A stretch of DNA of 62,818 bases, the filler included, from Asterionella formosa (lineage: Eukaryota): NCBI GenBank assembly GCA_002256025.1. It is 16 parts of 16 records of this genome, joined end to end, with 100 filler letters (N's around TTAATTAATTAA, not from the genome) between each part and the next. Parts side by side here need not be neighbours in the genome. Positions count along the whole stretch, not along the records: positions 61,505 to 62,818 come from NKIB01003053.1; 15 more parts are not named here. The stretch is one strand, 5' to 3'. Below, in pieces: positions 61,505 to 62,818 of the stretch. Numbering within the stretch: position 1 is the first letter of the stretch; each line of letters starts with the position of its first letter. Position numbers and translations under genes: made by a program. The notes under the pieces are model-generated. The model ran no database searches. It was not told where the DNA came from and saw nothing but the letters and a program-made list of their open reading frames with translations.

Positions 61505-62818
61505 TGCCAATGGAGGGAGCAGGTGGGTCAACCTCCTGGTCCAGGTAGGAGAATTGTTCATCGGGACAGTCGCAATCATCGGAGTCAGCAAGAGGGGAGA
61601 AAGGGTTGGTTGATTGGGAAGGAAAAACCACGGGATGGGCTCGACGGGCTGCGGCGGAGGCAGGGGGTGGCGTGGAAGTGGGCGGAGGCCGGGGGGAAGT
61701 GGGGGCGACAGCTGCTGCATAGGAGGAGGGAGCAGGACTGGAAGGGACAAGAGGGGGAAGAATGTCCCGCACAAGGCGGCCGGAGCCAAGGACACCAGTA
61801 GAGGGAGAAATACCCGGGCGAGACGGCGGAGCCGTGGCTGAGACCGAGGGAGTAGGCTTAGGAATGATGGAGAAGCGAGGAGTGACTAGGGAACACTGGG
61901 CGAACTCATGGGCATTGCAGCGATGTACTGGGCACTTGAACGAGAGCATGGAGCGGGCTTGAGCATGCGAGAATGAAGTGTTACCCAGCCAAGCGGTGGG
62001 AGAGAGAGTGGAGGAGGGGGAAGCGGCAGGGCGACCAGGATGACCCATCTTAGTAGTGTCGAAACCAGGCATGTCGGTGTAGGTTTTTGCTGATGCTACA
62101 AGGGTGACAAGGGTCATCGTAGTGATGTCTTTTTGGTGGAGGAGGTACGGTTGTACAAAGGAGTGGAAAGCCGGACCAAGAGCCAGGAGGAAACGATAAC
62201 AGATGAATGGTTCTGTAAAGTGTTGACCCGCAACTGCAGCCTGAGAGACTAGTTCCCGGGTGCGAAAGGAGAGTTGGAGAGGGGTTTCCTTGTCTTTCTG
62301 GAAGAGGGTATCCCAGGCGGTCAGTAAATTAATTAACGAGTATGAGTGGGAGACGCGATAATATTGTATTACTTCGTGTAACAGGGCAATGCCATTATGT
62401 AGAATGTCCTCTCGGCTTCGCCAGTGGTCAGAGGCCTGGTCATGGAGGGCAACAATTAAGACACTATATAAGGATTGAGAAAGGGCGGTATAGGAAGGGT
62501 CAGAAGGCGACGCCAGGTGTATGTGTCGCCAGACAGGAGTACTCAGACGGGTAGTAATCATGGTGAACCACTCGTTGAATTTGGTTGGATCTCCATTAAA
62601 ACGGGGTAGGTGGATGGAGAGTTCCTTTTTAGCATCAGCAAATGCAAGGCTGGTGACAAGGGCCGCTTGGACATCCGCTTTTGTGGCAATCGAGGATGCC
62701 AGGGAATCTGGAAGGTGGGATGAGACAATTGTAAAAGAGTCGTCCGCCGCAGACTGAAGGGGGAGGGGCGGAGGGGGAGAGGAAGCGTCCGGCTGAGGGG
62801 AGGACCGAGGAGAATGAA
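61505..62818 (-). mobile_element. LTR retrotransposon gag-like fragment, copy 2
   Basis: Same length and boundaries as 58677-59990, with scattered substitutions. Confidence 0.7.

Noticed and set aside
43023..62818. Regular 1.41-kb periodicity with a conserved TTAATTAATTAA core, resembling an array or cassette system, and ORFs ending in XXX-LIN
   Set aside because: Artificial linkers joining similarly sized contigs. Adjacency across linkers has no biological meaning.

Overview
Eukaryotic nuclear DNA, almost certainly from a diatom: compact genes, short 74-122 nt GT-AG introns, bipartite plastid presequences and CoDi-type copia elements. The window is not one locus. It is 16 contigs joined by artificial 100-nt linkers (N44-TTAATTAATTAA-N44). 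Contig A (1-21487) carries CENP-I, VPS37, an Hsp90-N/DUF2009 fusion, DHAR, UTP15, a ribokinase-ITPase fusion, MPDU1, two SGNH proteins and an RsuA-type pseudouridine synthase. Contig B (21588-43022) carries a MITE, tRNA-Leu(UAG), TBCCD1, a CysRS-like repeat protein, a fibrillin, VPS34, an HMG-box protein and an organellar UvrD/PcrA. The remaining 14 contigs are about 1.3 kb each and are mostly transposon and repeat fragments. There are three main leads. (1) The TACCGGTA/TACCWGGTA motifs that fill the intergenic DNA behave like transposon excision footprints: four filled-versus-empty TA sites are visible between paralogous repeat copies, and a candidate CCA...TGG, TA-flanked element lies in the window. 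(2) One spliced gene fuses an Hsp90-type ATPase domain with a catalytic Glu-to-Gln change to a DUF2009 domain. (3) A copia element has gag and pol separated by a single in-frame UAG. All family assignments come from recalled motifs and manual alignment; no searches were run.
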